DNA of 64,000 nucleotides, taken from contig JAUYAV010000019.1 of NCBI GenBank assembly GCA_030693325.1, positions 1,324-65,323 on the forward strand, in the 5' to 3' direction. The position numbers and the translations under genes are program-made. The stretch's first letter is position 1. Every line of letters begins with the position of its first letter. Under the pieces are notes generated by a model that was not told the origin of the DNA, made no database searches, and saw only the letters and a list, made by a program, of their open reading frames with translations. Positions 19,310-28,245 of this stretch are shown here, one piece after another. Source of the DNA: a bacterium. GTDB lineage: Bacteria; Patescibacteriota; Minisyncoccia; UBA6257; MFKM01.

Positions 19310-21250
19310 TTAAGTTGTAGGTGGCGGAGTCGCTGACCCCGAAGGTGTTATTTCTTCGGCGAATAATCGCTTCCCTAATGTTTTTTTATAAACCGCTCTT
19401 GCTTGCGCGCCTAATTTCCTCATTGCCTCGTCTTTGTTTTTTTCCATAAATGATATTTCTTTTTCGATAAGCGACTTATAATTATCAACAGTTCCTTCTT
19501 TAATGTGCGGCATAACCCTGCCAAACGCTCCGGGGGTCTTTCGGGCGAAAGCGCCAATTAACTGTTTTTGAATATTTTGAAGCTTAGAATCGGTTGTCGT
19601 TTTAAAAATTTCATTCCATTGCCCTTTCGCGTAATCTTTGGGATCAAGCGATTTAAGAAATTCGTCCGTAGCAGCCACTAATTCGTCGTTTGTTTTCGCG
19701 GACACCATTCCCACGCTACGCCCGATAGCTTTTGTTATATTTCCAAAATTAAGCCCTGTGGTTTTGAAATCTTTTTCAACATTAGCCATAGTTGCTCCAT
19801 TGGAGAAGTATTTTGATATTGTTTCCGTGCTTAAATCTTTTTTCTTGGCTAATTCTTCAAGAATAACAGCTCGTTTTATGCCGGTCGCAGCTTGAGCTTC
19901 AATGTTTAACCTCTGAGGTGACAGCCCCGCGACTTGTTTCCTATATTGTTCGGCGGGCACCCGTTCCGCTTGAGCGCCCAAACGATTAATGCCTTGGCCA
20001 ACCCATTTCGCCGGAGCGAATTTTGAATTGGCTAAATTCCTGGTCCAGCCTTTGACTTTCTCGGATCCGGTTACTTTCCCAACACCTTCCCAAGCTTTTC
20101 TGCCGGCGAATCCTTTGATCCCCTTGCCAGCCGCCGACGCCACATTCAAAAAGGTTTTTGCCCCGCCGATTCCCATTTTGTCGGAGATTATCAATCCGAA
20201 CATCAAAAATCCGCCCACTATAACTAAATTAATAACACTGCCGGCAAAATCTTTCATCGGAGTGCCGCCAAATCCCATAAGGTCGTTTAGCTTTCCAACG
20301 CCTTGAGCGTCAAGAGATATTCCGCCGGTGAATGTTTTGTAGTTGTTGGCGAGATAAACCGCCAGATAAAAGAAAAATGAAGCAACGGGAGCGAATATGA
20401 TCCATTTTATGAAATTTTTCCACCACTCTTTCCACATAGATTCGGTTGAAGGTAAAATCATGGAAAGGCAAGCTAAAGGGACCAAAACCAAAAGCACGCT
20501 CAAATTAAGATATCTTAATATAAACATCGCCGCCACCGCTATCAGGCACAATGCTACCAAAAGAGTGAAAACAACCGCGAAAACAAGGCCGGCAATTATT
20601 TTTACCGCTCCGCTGAAAGTGAGGATATTTGCTGCAAAATCGGCGGCGTCTTTCACGCCCAGAAATTGTCCGACATTAAAAGCCGCGGCAAGAGACGTTC
20701 CTAACCCCCCCACTCCCGCGCCGGTAATGTTTGAAATAAAATACTTGGTCAGCATATTGGAAAAATCAATAAAAACGCCGGCGAACATTAAACTGAAGTT
20801 GACCAAAAGCGCCACCGCGATTAATTTCCCCAAAGTGCTTTTGGCTTCGTATTGCTGCATCCGGAGAATGGTAGCGATGGCGATGATAATAATGAATAAA
20901 ACAAAACCTAGATTCGCCAGGTCCCTCGTGATTTTCCAGCCGACGTCAATAATGGGGTTTTGGATAACCGCGAAATTCAAACTGAGAGCAAAATTACTCA
21001 AAAATCCGCCTATCTGAACGGCAATACTGGCTATACTGCCGGCAATAAGACTGATTCCTATAATTGTTAAAGACAATGGCACTGCCGCAATGCCACCGAC
21101 CACATCTAATCCTGTTAAAACAGGGTTAGAAGAAGAATTAGAAGTTGCCGCTGGCGAATCGGCCGCGTAAATTTTCCCCGTATTTCCAATCAATAAAAAC
21201 ATAATCAGGCCTAAAGTGACAATCGCCAATATTTTTTGTTTTTTGTTCAT
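19310..21250 (-). CDS. VirB6/TrbL-like polytopic membrane protein
   Basis: GWKITRDLAN, ALLVNFS, ID.SN, many TM helices, W..WW motif; in T4SS-like cluster. Confidence 0.72.
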   Translation of the reverse strand: MNKKQKILAIVTLGLIMFLLIGNTGKIYAADSPAATSNSSSNPVLTGLDVVGGIAAVPLSLTIIGISLIAGSIASIAVQIGGFLSNFALSLNFAVIQNPIIDVGWKITRDLANLGFVLFIIIIAIATILRMQQYEAKSTLGKLIAVALLVNFSLMFAGVFIDFSNMLTKYFISNITGAGVGGLGTSLAAAFNVGQFLGVKDAADFAANILTFSGAVKIIAGLVFAVVFTLLVALCLIAVAAMFILRYLNLSVLLVLVPLACLSMILPSTESMWKEWWKNFIKWIIFAPVASFFFYLAVYLANNYKTFTGGISLDAQGVGKLNDLMGFGGTPMKDFAGSVINLVIVGGFLMFGLIISDKMGIGGAKTFLNVASAAGKGIKGFAGRKAWEGVGKVTGSEKVKGWTRNLANSKFAPAKWVGQGINRLGAQAERVPAEQYRKQVAGLSPQRLNIEAQAATGIKRAVILEELAKKKDLSTETISKYFSNGATMANVEKDFKTTGLNFGNITKAIGRSVGMVSAKTNDELVAATDEFLKSLDPKDYAKGQWNEIFKTTTDSKLQNIQKQLIGAFARKTPGAFGRVMPHIKEGTVDNYKSLIEKEISFMEKNKDEAMRKLGAQARAVYKKTLGKRLFAEEITPSGSATPPPTT

Positions 21251-21251
21251 T

Positions 21252-22811
21252 TTATGGAGTCGTGACTATACAGAGAGATAAGCGGGATTGAATTGATGAA
21301 AGCTCGGCTTGCTTGTTTTTGGATTCGTCTTCGCTGGCTTTTTTGGTTGTTTCCGGGCCCGGGGCAATTTCTAAAATAAGGGACTGATATTTTGTCAGAA
21401 AATCATTATAGTGCTGGGTCAAAAGAGCCATTTCCCGGTCTCGGAAATCAGCGGAAATATTAACAGCTTCAGTTATGCCGGCTTGATTTTCATTAACAAT
21501 GATTTGATAATTAGCAACTTCATTTGTCAAACGAGTAATTTCGTTTTGAGCGCTGGTTATGTCGCTGTCAGAAACCGGCGGCTGGCAGTTACGCGTTTTT
21601 AACGCATTTAAGTTCGTAACTATTTGCTGTTCGGAAGAAAGAGAGGATTTTTTATTGGCTAAAATTGCATTGAAATAAGCAAGGAATGCCTGATAATCAC
21701 TTTTTATCCGGTCTCTTTCTTGCCTTTTCGCCAAAAGAGCGGGGTCATAATTTCCATAAGGATTATAATTGCCGGAGGCGGAACTCTGGGGCGTGGTGCT
21801 CGGTTTCATTAAACTTAAACCCTCTGTAAAAAGACGATTGATGGTGGCGTTGACCAGGGCCGCTACCCAAGATTGGATATTCTGAGCCCATTGATAATCA
21901 GATGTAACGGCTTGAGCGGCTAACGCGCCGACAGTATCGCCTGGAGTAACAATTTCTTCTTTAATACACTTTATTGTCCCATCGGGTAACTGGGTTGAAG
22001 CTAAACATCTTTTAACCGATAAAAATCCCTTACCGGCTATGGCTTCGTTTTGAGCCGCTTCTTTGGCTTTGGCGCCCTGGATCATTGCTTCATCCATCGT
22101 CATATACAAAGAACCGTAATAATTATTTTCCGGCCACCAGGATTGTTCGTAAGCTATCCAACTGCCATTTCGGAAGTCGTCGTAGAAATTTTGAATATTG
22201 GCGACAATATCGTCAAGGGTGCAGGAAATCCGGTTTTGAAATCTTTGCACCGGCAACAAACTTATTCTGACTTGCAAGCCGAAGGGCTTACAGAGAAAAT
22301 TCAAATTGCTGTTATTGATAACTTCGCCCACCCCCGTGTTAAAAGCGTCGCCTAAAAATGTGTCCCAATTGGTGACGTATCTTGGCTGGCCGCCGCCCTG
22401 AATCCAGTTCACGGTTTCGTCAACAAGCCAGTCCAAGATCATTTTAGCAACGACATCGCGGACGCAATTTTTGGATTTCATAAGAGCGTCGGAGGTTTGT
22501 TGTTTGGAAATTTCGCTCGGCAGATTCACTACCGTTGTGGGCACGGTGAGCATTAAGACGCTTGTTGCCAATTCTGTGACATCCTCCACTTTATGAATAA
22601 TTTTAGATGCCAGTCCGGCGACGAAGTTTTCCAGTTGAATTCCCAAAAAACAGCTTACCCCCGCGCCTATGGCTTGGCCAACGGCTTCTCCTGGCGTGCT
22701 TGCTCCCGCTTGAGCCGCCGCTTTAGGCGTAAAAACATTGCCCAAGCCGCCGAAAATAAGCGAAGAAATGGTTATTGTTAGAATAATTTTTTTAAAAAAT
22801 AAAGATTTCAT
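21252..22811 (-). CDS. Secreted hypothetical protein with paired Cys and coiled-coil tail
   Basis: Signal peptide, TVNWI, CTLDDI, GKGFLS..C, IVTPG. Confidence 0.65.
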   Translation of the reverse strand: MKSLFFKKIILTITISSLIFGGLGNVFTPKAAAQAGASTPGEAVGQAIGAGVSCFLGIQLENFVAGLASKIIHKVEDVTELATSVLMLTVPTTVVNLPSEISKQQTSDALMKSKNCVRDVVAKMILDWLVDETVNWIQGGGQPRYVTNWDTFLGDAFNTGVGEVINNSNLNFLCKPFGLQVRISLLPVQRFQNRISCTLDDIVANIQNFYDDFRNGSWIAYEQSWWPENNYYGSLYMTMDEAMIQGAKAKEAAQNEAIAGKGFLSVKRCLASTQLPDGTIKCIKEEIVTPGDTVGALAAQAVTSDYQWAQNIQSWVAALVNATINRLFTEGLSLMKPSTTPQSSASGNYNPYGNYDPALLAKRQERDRIKSDYQAFLAYFNAILANKKSSLSSEQQIVTNLNALKTRNCQPPVSDSDITSAQNEITRLTNEVANYQIIVNENQAGITEAVNISADFRDREMALLTQHYNDFLTKYQSLILEIAPGPETTKKASEDESKNKQAELSSIQSRLSLCIVTTP

Positions 22812-23573
22812 TTAAGATCCGATTTCTTTTATTTTTTCTCCTAAAATGGTTTGAATTTTTTCACCGCTACTAACCAAGCTATCCATGGCTTCTAAAGCCA
22901 AACCTCCCTTAGGTGGGTCAGTGGGATAATAAGCCATTGCCCGATAGACAACCGCCGAGTTTTTGGCGTAAACAATCATCATTTTATGGATATCAACCCA
23001 ATCCGCCGGGACCGTCAGATTCAAGTATTGGTCAGCCAAGTTTTTATAAATACCGGCTAAACGATTAGCTGAAGAAGGATCGATTTTTTGGTAAGTATCA
23101 ACTATTACTTGTAAATAATTTTCGTTAAAGTCGCCAAAAGTTATTTTATTGATTTCTCCGATGGCTTTTAAGTATCGGGTTTTGGCTTCTTTTGAAATCT
23201 CCGATGAAATTTTTAAGTCAGCATTATTTACGGTTGATACTAATTTGAAATCTGATAAGCTGTCATTAATAACTTTATTTACTAAATTTTCCGATGCCGT
23301 GTTTATATCAGGAGACAGGGTTCTTTTTTCCTGGTTTACGAGATTATTATTTTGGATTTCCTCAAAAAGATTTTCCCCTAAGGCTTTTACGGTGTTATTT
23401 TTTTCGTCAAAATTATAAGGAGTTCTTGGTTCTGGCGTTGGAAGAGAAGTTAATTTAATTTCTGGCGAATTTTCGTTAGGAATAGATTGTTTTTTTGGAG
23501 TGGTAACGAAATAAGCCCCGGTTAAAAATGCGATTACTACCAAAATTATAAGCCCTGATTTTAGGGTTTTCAT
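22812..23573 (-). CDS. Membrane-anchored hypothetical protein (likely start ATG 23573)
   Basis: MKTLK + TM helix; VP...DIH and DP..G motifs. Confidence 0.6.
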   Translation of the reverse strand: MKTLKSGLIILVVIAFLTGAYFVTTPKKQSIPNENSPEIKLTSLPTPEPRTPYNFDEKNNTVKALGENLFEEIQNNNLVNQEKRTLSPDINTASENLVNKVINDSLSDFKLVSTVNNADLKISSEISKEAKTRYLKAIGEINKITFGDFNENYLQVIVDTYQKIDPSSANRLAGIYKNLADQYLNLTVPADWVDIHKMMIVYAKNSAVVYRAMAYYPTDPPKGGLALEAMDSLVSSGEKIQTILGEKIKEIGS

Positions 23574-23618
23574 TAATTTAATTATAACAAATTCTATGAT
23601 ATTATTGTACCATAGAAT

Positions 23619-23948
23619 ATGGTTAAACAATCTTTCACCTGCTTATTTTTAGGGATTGTTTTTTTATCTTTTGTTTTTTGGGCTAAACCAGCCGAAGCTA
23701 TTTTGGGTTTCGGGGGGAGGATATTGGAGATTACGCTTTGCGATGAAGGAGAATTAATCACTATTGGGCCTCCGCGACCAGGATTGTTTTTATTGACGCC
23801 CGGCAGTCTGATTTTTTCTTGGTATCAAATAAGAAAGGGGCCTTGGGCTTTTGGCGCTTATGTTCCGGGCGGGATTTGCACTATTTTGGGCTTCCCCGTC
23901 GCCTTTCCTTTGGGCACGATAACCATTATCGGGACCTCACTTTTTTAA
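23619..23948 (+). CDS. Small secreted Gly/Pro-rich hypothetical protein
   Basis: Signal peptide, FGGRI...C, GTITIIGTS. Confidence 0.6.
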   Translation: MVKQSFTCLFLGIVFLSFVFWAKPAEAILGFGGRILEITLCDEGELITIGPPRPGLFLLTPGSLIFSWYQIRKGPWAFGAYVPGGICTILGFPVAFPLGTITIIGTSLF

Positions 23949-23956
23949 TCTTATTG

Positions 23957-24826
23957 TTATAGCGCAAGCCACTGTCTTGTGTTTGCCAATCTTTTTATCT
24001 GCTCAATCGTTAAATCCTGCGGCCGGTCGCCGGGATTAATTCTTAATTTCTCCAAGATTTTTATAATTTCATTTTTTGATTTTCCCGTTCCTTCTAAATT
24101 ATTAACAATCGTTTTTCTCGGTTGCTTGAAAAGAATTTTTATTAATTTATAGTAGTCTTCGGCACTATCACGCGTGATAGTGCCGAAGGGTGTTAATTTT
24201 ATGACCGCGCTATCCACTTCCGGCCGGGGCTTAAAATCAGTTTTGGGAATATAATCAATAATTTTCGGTTCGGCCCAGAACTGGACGCTGGCCGCCAGGA
24301 GATTCATTTGCGGTGGCAGAGCGCAAATCCTTTCCGCCACTTCTTTTTGGACAGTCAAAACGACAAGCGAGGGTTTATTTTCCAACTCGCCGATGATTCG
24401 CAATAGATGGCCGGTGATATAATAAGGAATATTGCCGGCAATCTTATAATTCTCATTTTTTAGTTTATTATTTTCAGCAAGTTTTGGGATGATTTTTAAG
24501 GCATCGCCTTCAATAATCTCAATGTTTTTATCTAATTTGAATTTTTTTTGGAGAAATCGGACAAGTTCTCCGTCTTTTTCAATCGCAATTATTTGAAATT
24601 TGTCTCCCTTCGGGAGATGTCCCGCAGGGACAGAAATTATAACTTCTCTCCCCTCAGGGGGTCTCCTGCAGATAGAGAAGTTATCTGACAAAAGCAGAGT
24701 CAATTCTCCGCGCCCCGGTCCGATTTCAATAATCGTCTCGCCGGAGTTTGGGCTTAAAACCTCAATAATTTCCTCTAGTTTCTTTTTATTGATTAAAAAA
24801 TGTTGCCCTAATCTCTGTTTGCTCAT
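23957..24826 (-). CDS. rsmA: 16S rRNA adenine dimethyltransferase RsmA/KsgA with in-frame palindromic inserts
   Basis: LGQHFL, EIGPGRGELT, IEKD, GDAL, NIPYYIT, QKEVAER, P.PEVDSAV, RKTI. Confidence 0.94.
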   Translation of the reverse strand: MSKQRLGQHFLINKKKLEEIIEVLSPNSGETIIEIGPGRGELTLLLSDNFSICRRPPEGREVIISVPAGHLPKGDKFQIIAIEKDGELVRFLQKKFKLDKNIEIIEGDALKIIPKLAENNKLKNENYKIAGNIPYYITGHLLRIIGELENKPSLVVLTVQKEVAERICALPPQMNLLAASVQFWAEPKIIDYIPKTDFKPRPEVDSAVIKLTPFGTITRDSAEDYYKLIKILFKQPRKTIVNNLEGTGKSKNEIIKILEKLRINPGDRPQDLTIEQIKRLANTRQWLAL

Positions 24827-24854
24827 ATTTTGTTTATTAGTTGCTCGTTTTTGC

Positions 24855-24878
24855 TATAACAATTTTTAGACGACCGCA
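24855..24878. repeat. Direct repeat copy 1 flanking PaaX-like gene
   Basis: TATAACAATTTTTAGACGACCGCA; 23/24 identical to 25492-25515. Confidence 0.85.
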
Positions 24879-24887
24879 TTGTTTTTG

Positions 24888-25481
24888 TTATAGAAGTTCT
24901 TTTTCGTCGTCTATTTCACCTACCGTAATCAATTTGATGTTTTGATACAAATTGCGATTTATAAGTTCTTCAAAAAGATCCTCTGCGAGGGGCTGCTTGC
25001 CTATAAAAACACTTTTTTGTAAAAGTTTATACTCAAGATTGGCAAGCCGGCTCCGGAGCCAGTTGCGGTCTTTGCGTCTTTTTTCGGGAATATCAAACAT
25101 TATTATCCGCCATTTATTGTCCCAGGGGATTTTTTTGTTTTCTTCTTGGTATCTTTTAATAAAATTCAGGCCTTTTAATGTTGGGAGATAACTACCTTTT
25201 TTATTTTCCACTAGCCCTTTCTTCTGAAGGCGCCATAAAATAGTTCGCGCGCTATTTTCTTTCAGTTCTTTCATTTCTCTGTAATAATCCCAAAAAGATT
25301 TTCCTTTTAATCCTTTTTCCATTGCTCCGGCCATTCCCATTCTTGGATGTTTAAGCTCCAATAAGTCAATTAAAGTTGAAGCGCCGCGTTCAGCCAGGCC
25401 TAAAAGCAGCGCCATACCGGCTGAACTTATTTTTGTCGGCAAACCTAATCTTTTTTCTGTTGGCATTTTTTGTTTTAGCAC
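24888..25481 (-). CDS. PaaX-like regulator (wHTH plus Cas2-like domain)
   Basis: RLQKKGLV, WDNKWRIIMFDIPEKRRKDR..LR..L...LQKSVF. Confidence 0.8.
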   Translation of the reverse strand: MLKQKMPTEKRLGLPTKISSAGMALLLGLAERGASTLIDLLELKHPRMGMAGAMEKGLKGKSFWDYYREMKELKENSARTILWRLQKKGLVENKKGSYLPTLKGLNFIKRYQEENKKIPWDNKWRIIMFDIPEKRRKDRNWLRSRLANLEYKLLQKSVFIGKQPLAEDLFEELINRNLYQNIKLITVGEIDDEKELL

Positions 25482-25490
25482 ATGTCAATT

Positions 25491-25530
25491 ATATAACAAT
25501 TTTCAGACGACCGCACGAAAATTGTTATAT
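25491..25530. repeat. Direct repeat copy 2, part of 14-12-14 inverted repeat
   Basis: ATATAACAATTTTC-AGACGACCGCAC-GAAAATTGTTATAT. Confidence 0.85.
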
Positions 25531-25562
25531 TTTAGGTTTAATATTTAGCACAAGAAATTTTT

Positions 25563-27080
25563 TTAAGAGATTATTTTTAAAACGCAATTATTAAATTGTT
25601 CGCCGCGGTCAAATTCGTTTTGAAAAAGATTGAAACTAGCCGCTCCCGGAGAAAGTAAAATTATATCCCCTGTTTGGGAAGTTTGGTAGGCTTTTTTAAC
25701 CGCTTCCTCCATGTTTTTGGCTTCGGAAAAATTTACCCCGTTAGAAGTTTTAGACAGAAAAAATTTCTTAAAAATTTTTTCTGTTCCTGAACGTTGAATT
25801 GAATTCCTATTTTGGATAAAACTCGGTAAGTTGTTGTTCGATTTAATGTTCGCCAGACTTCTAACGGGGTTTATCTTCAAATATTTTTTCAGTTTTTCCG
25901 TGGCGCTGCCTGGCAAAAGAATTAATTTTTTGACTTGGCGATTGATTTTTTCCGCCAAATTTTTATAATCAAGATTTTTATTCTCGCCTCCGGCAATCAA
26001 AATAATCGGCCGCTGATATTTTTTAGCCAAAAACTCAAGGCCTGTCAAAACCGCCGTGGGGTTAGTGGCGGTTGTGTCATTGATAAAAATTATATTTTTT
26101 AATGTTCTGATTATTTCCTGGCGTCCGGCCAACCCGCGAAAATTTTTGACCACTTTGGTAATTTCTTTTTTCGGCACCCCCAAAATTTTTGCCGCCTCGG
26201 CCGCCAAAGCGATATTAATTTCCAAGGGCAATAAATTTTTATTTTTAATAAAGTGTTTTTTAGCTTTAGCCCCGTTTAGCGGGACTTTGGCATTTTTTAT
26301 CAGTTTAACCAAAAATTTATCATTGCCGTTGATAATCAAATGGTCTTTCGGTTTTTGGTATAAAAATATGTTGGTTTTAGCTTTGGCATAATTTTTTAGC
26401 GAGGCATAACGGTTAAGATGATCGGGGAAAATATTGGTAATGATGGCAATTGGCGGACTCTTTTCTATCAAAGCCAAGTCTTCCAGTTGAAAACTGGAAA
26501 GCTCGGCTACCACGGCATCTTCAGGTTTGATTTTCGAAAGTTTTCCCAAAAATGATTCCCGGATATTTCCTAAAAGCCAAACTTTGGGGTATTTTTTCTT
26601 TAAAATCTCCGCCAAAAGAGCGGCGGTGGTTGATTTTCCCTTGGTTCCGGTGATGCCGACAATTAAAGCCGGTGCATGGCTGAAAAAAATAATAGTATCG
26701 GTGGTAATCGGTATGCCCTTGGCCCGGGCTTTTTCCAAAAAGGGGTCATCCCAGGGGATAGCCGGGTTTTTGACAATTAGATCGCTGGTTAAGAAGTTAA
26801 CCAAGCGGTGTTTGCCGAGTACATATTTAATATTGGGGAAACGAGCAAGCTCATTTAGTGAAGCAGAAAGGGCTTCTTTGGTTTTTAAGTCGGTTACTGT
26901 CACTTTAGCCCCCTGACGGCTGAAAAACTTGGCGATACCTATCCCGCCGCCGTTTAAACCCAGGCCGAAAATAAGGACTTTTTGAGGGCTACCTGCTCTG
27001 TTTACCGGACAGACAGGCGATAGGCGGGGAATATTGTCTTTCTGTTTAGTTTTGCTATAATAAAAGTTATTGGTACTCAT
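25563..27080 (-). CDS. murD: UDP-MurNAc-L-Ala--D-Glu ligase MurD with in-frame MITE
   Basis: KVLIFGLG, GITGTKGKSTT, ELSSFQL, DHLNRY, NDTTATN, LIAGG, LLSPGAASF..F.NEFDRG. Confidence 0.93.
   Translation of the reverse strand: MSTNNFYYSKTKQKDNIPRLSPVCPVNRAGSPQKVLIFGLGLNGGGIGIAKFFSRQGAKVTVTDLKTKEALSASLNELARFPNIKYVLGKHRLVNFLTSDLIVKNPAIPWDDPFLEKARAKGIPITTDTIIFFSHAPALIVGITGTKGKSTTAALLAEILKKKYPKVWLLGNIRESFLGKLSKIKPEDAVVAELSSFQLEDLALIEKSPPIAIITNIFPDHLNRYASLKNYAKAKTNIFLYQKPKDHLIINGNDKFLVKLIKNAKVPLNGAKAKKHFIKNKNLLPLEINIALAAEAAKILGVPKKEITKVVKNFRGLAGRQEIIRTLKNIIFINDTTATNPTAVLTGLEFLAKKYQRPIILIAGGENKNLDYKNLAEKINRQVKKLILLPGSATEKLKKYLKINPVRSLANIKSNNNLPSFIQNRNSIQRSGTEKIFKKFFLSKTSNGVNFSEAKNMEEAVKKAYQTSQTGDIILLSPGAASFNLFQNEFDRGEQFNNCVLKIIS
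25736..25869. mobile_element. MITE inserted in-frame in murD
   Basis: CCCCGTTAGAAGT...ACTTCTAACGGGG, TTTA duplicated on both sides; 134+4=138 bp. Confidence 0.85.
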
Positions 27081-27098
27081 TTTAAAATTTTAACTCTT

Positions 27099-28130
27099 TT
27101 GAGGAGATTTTTGAAGCAAACCGCCTCCTGGTCGGTTATTTTGGTTTTAGTGAGCGTTTTGGCGGTTAATTTCGTTATTCATCTGGCAAAAGCCGACCAG
27201 AAACCGGTTTTGACTGCCGACGGTATTCTTGGGGGTCCTGAAAATCAATCGGAGCCAGTTTTGGCTGATTCTCTGAGTTTAAACGTCAATGGCGAATCGA
27301 GCTTTAATGGCTTTGCCGGATTTATATTATTAGATAGTTCAGTCATTTTAGACCCGGGCAATCCACTGAACAGTGTTTTACCTACCCGCGATAATTTGAT
27401 GATTTATCAGATCCAGTCCGGCGATACTGTTTCCAAAATCGCGGCCAAATTTGATATTTCAAAAAATTCCATTTTTTGGAACAACCCCGGCCTTATTTCT
27501 TCCTTTATCAAACCTGGCCAGGAAATAATCATTCTACCGGTTGAGGGAGTATTGCACGAAATTAAAACAGGCGACTCTTTAGATTCCATTGCCGGTTTAT
27601 ACGGAGTCAGTTCTGAAGACATTAAAAAATATAATCCAAATTTTCAAAAACTTCTTCAAGAGCCGGGTGATAAATTGATTATTCCACAGGGCCAGCCTTT
27701 AACAAAAAATAATGCTAATACTCAGGGTACCAGCTGGGCCGGCAATTTTTTGGTAGATTTAGGCAATAATTATTTTATCAGCCCCACCAAAGGTTGGAAT
27801 TGGGGTCGGCTTCATAATTATAATGCCGTTGATATTGCTAATAGTTGCGGAACGCCGGTTTACGCCGCGGCTGACGGCGTGGTTGTTGAGGTCGCTAACG
27901 ATAATGGATGGAACAGCGGCTATGGCAATTATATTAAAATTGAGCATGTGATGGATAAAATTTATACTCGCTATGCTCACTTGGATAAAGTTCTGGTAGA
28001 TAACGGCAAATATGTTTTACAAGGCGCCGAAATTGGTTTGATGGGCAAAACCGGAAATACTGATGGTCCTACTGGCTGTCATTTGCACTTTGAGGTCTAT
28101 GGCGCCAAAAATTCTTTCGGGAAATATTAA
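27099..28130 (+). CDS. LysM-domain M23 family peptidase
   Basis: Two LysM repeats (GDTVSKIA, GDSLDSIA), H.AVDIA, YAHL, TGCHLHFEV. Confidence 0.9.
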   Translation: MRRFLKQTASWSVILVLVSVLAVNFVIHLAKADQKPVLTADGILGGPENQSEPVLADSLSLNVNGESSFNGFAGFILLDSSVILDPGNPLNSVLPTRDNLMIYQIQSGDTVSKIAAKFDISKNSIFWNNPGLISSFIKPGQEIIILPVEGVLHEIKTGDSLDSIAGLYGVSSEDIKKYNPNFQKLLQEPGDKLIIPQGQPLTKNNANTQGTSWAGNFLVDLGNNYFISPTKGWNWGRLHNYNAVDIANSCGTPVYAAADGVVVEVANDNGWNSGYGNYIKIEHVMDKIYTRYAHLDKVLVDNGKYVLQGAEIGLMGKTGNTDGPTGCHLHFEVYGAKNSFGKY

Positions 28131-28151
28131 AGTAAGAAATTCGCGAAATTT

Positions 28152-28183
28152 TGTCCCTTTGGGACATCTCCCGCAGTGAGACA
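28152..28183. repeat. 32-bp double-hairpin repeat, intergenic copy
   Basis: TGTCCCTTTGGGACATCTCCCGCAGTGAGACA; homologous to 24601-24632 (reverse) and 51459-51490. Confidence 0.75.
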
Positions 28184-28189
28184 ATAATT

Positions 28190-28225
28190 AAAAAGGCCGG
28201 AATTAATTCCGGTTTTTTATTTTTT
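28190..28225. terminator. Probable bidirectional terminator between convergent genes
   Basis: AAAAAGGCCGGAATTAATTCCGGTTTTTT. Confidence 0.65.
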
Positions 28226-28245
28226 AAAGTCGGACTTATAAGTTA

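Noticed and set aside
24888-25481. Cas2-like domain suggesting a CRISPR-Cas locus
   Set aside because: No cas1 or other cas genes and no repeat-spacer array; only two flanking repeats about 640 bp apart; architecture matches PaaX-like proteins
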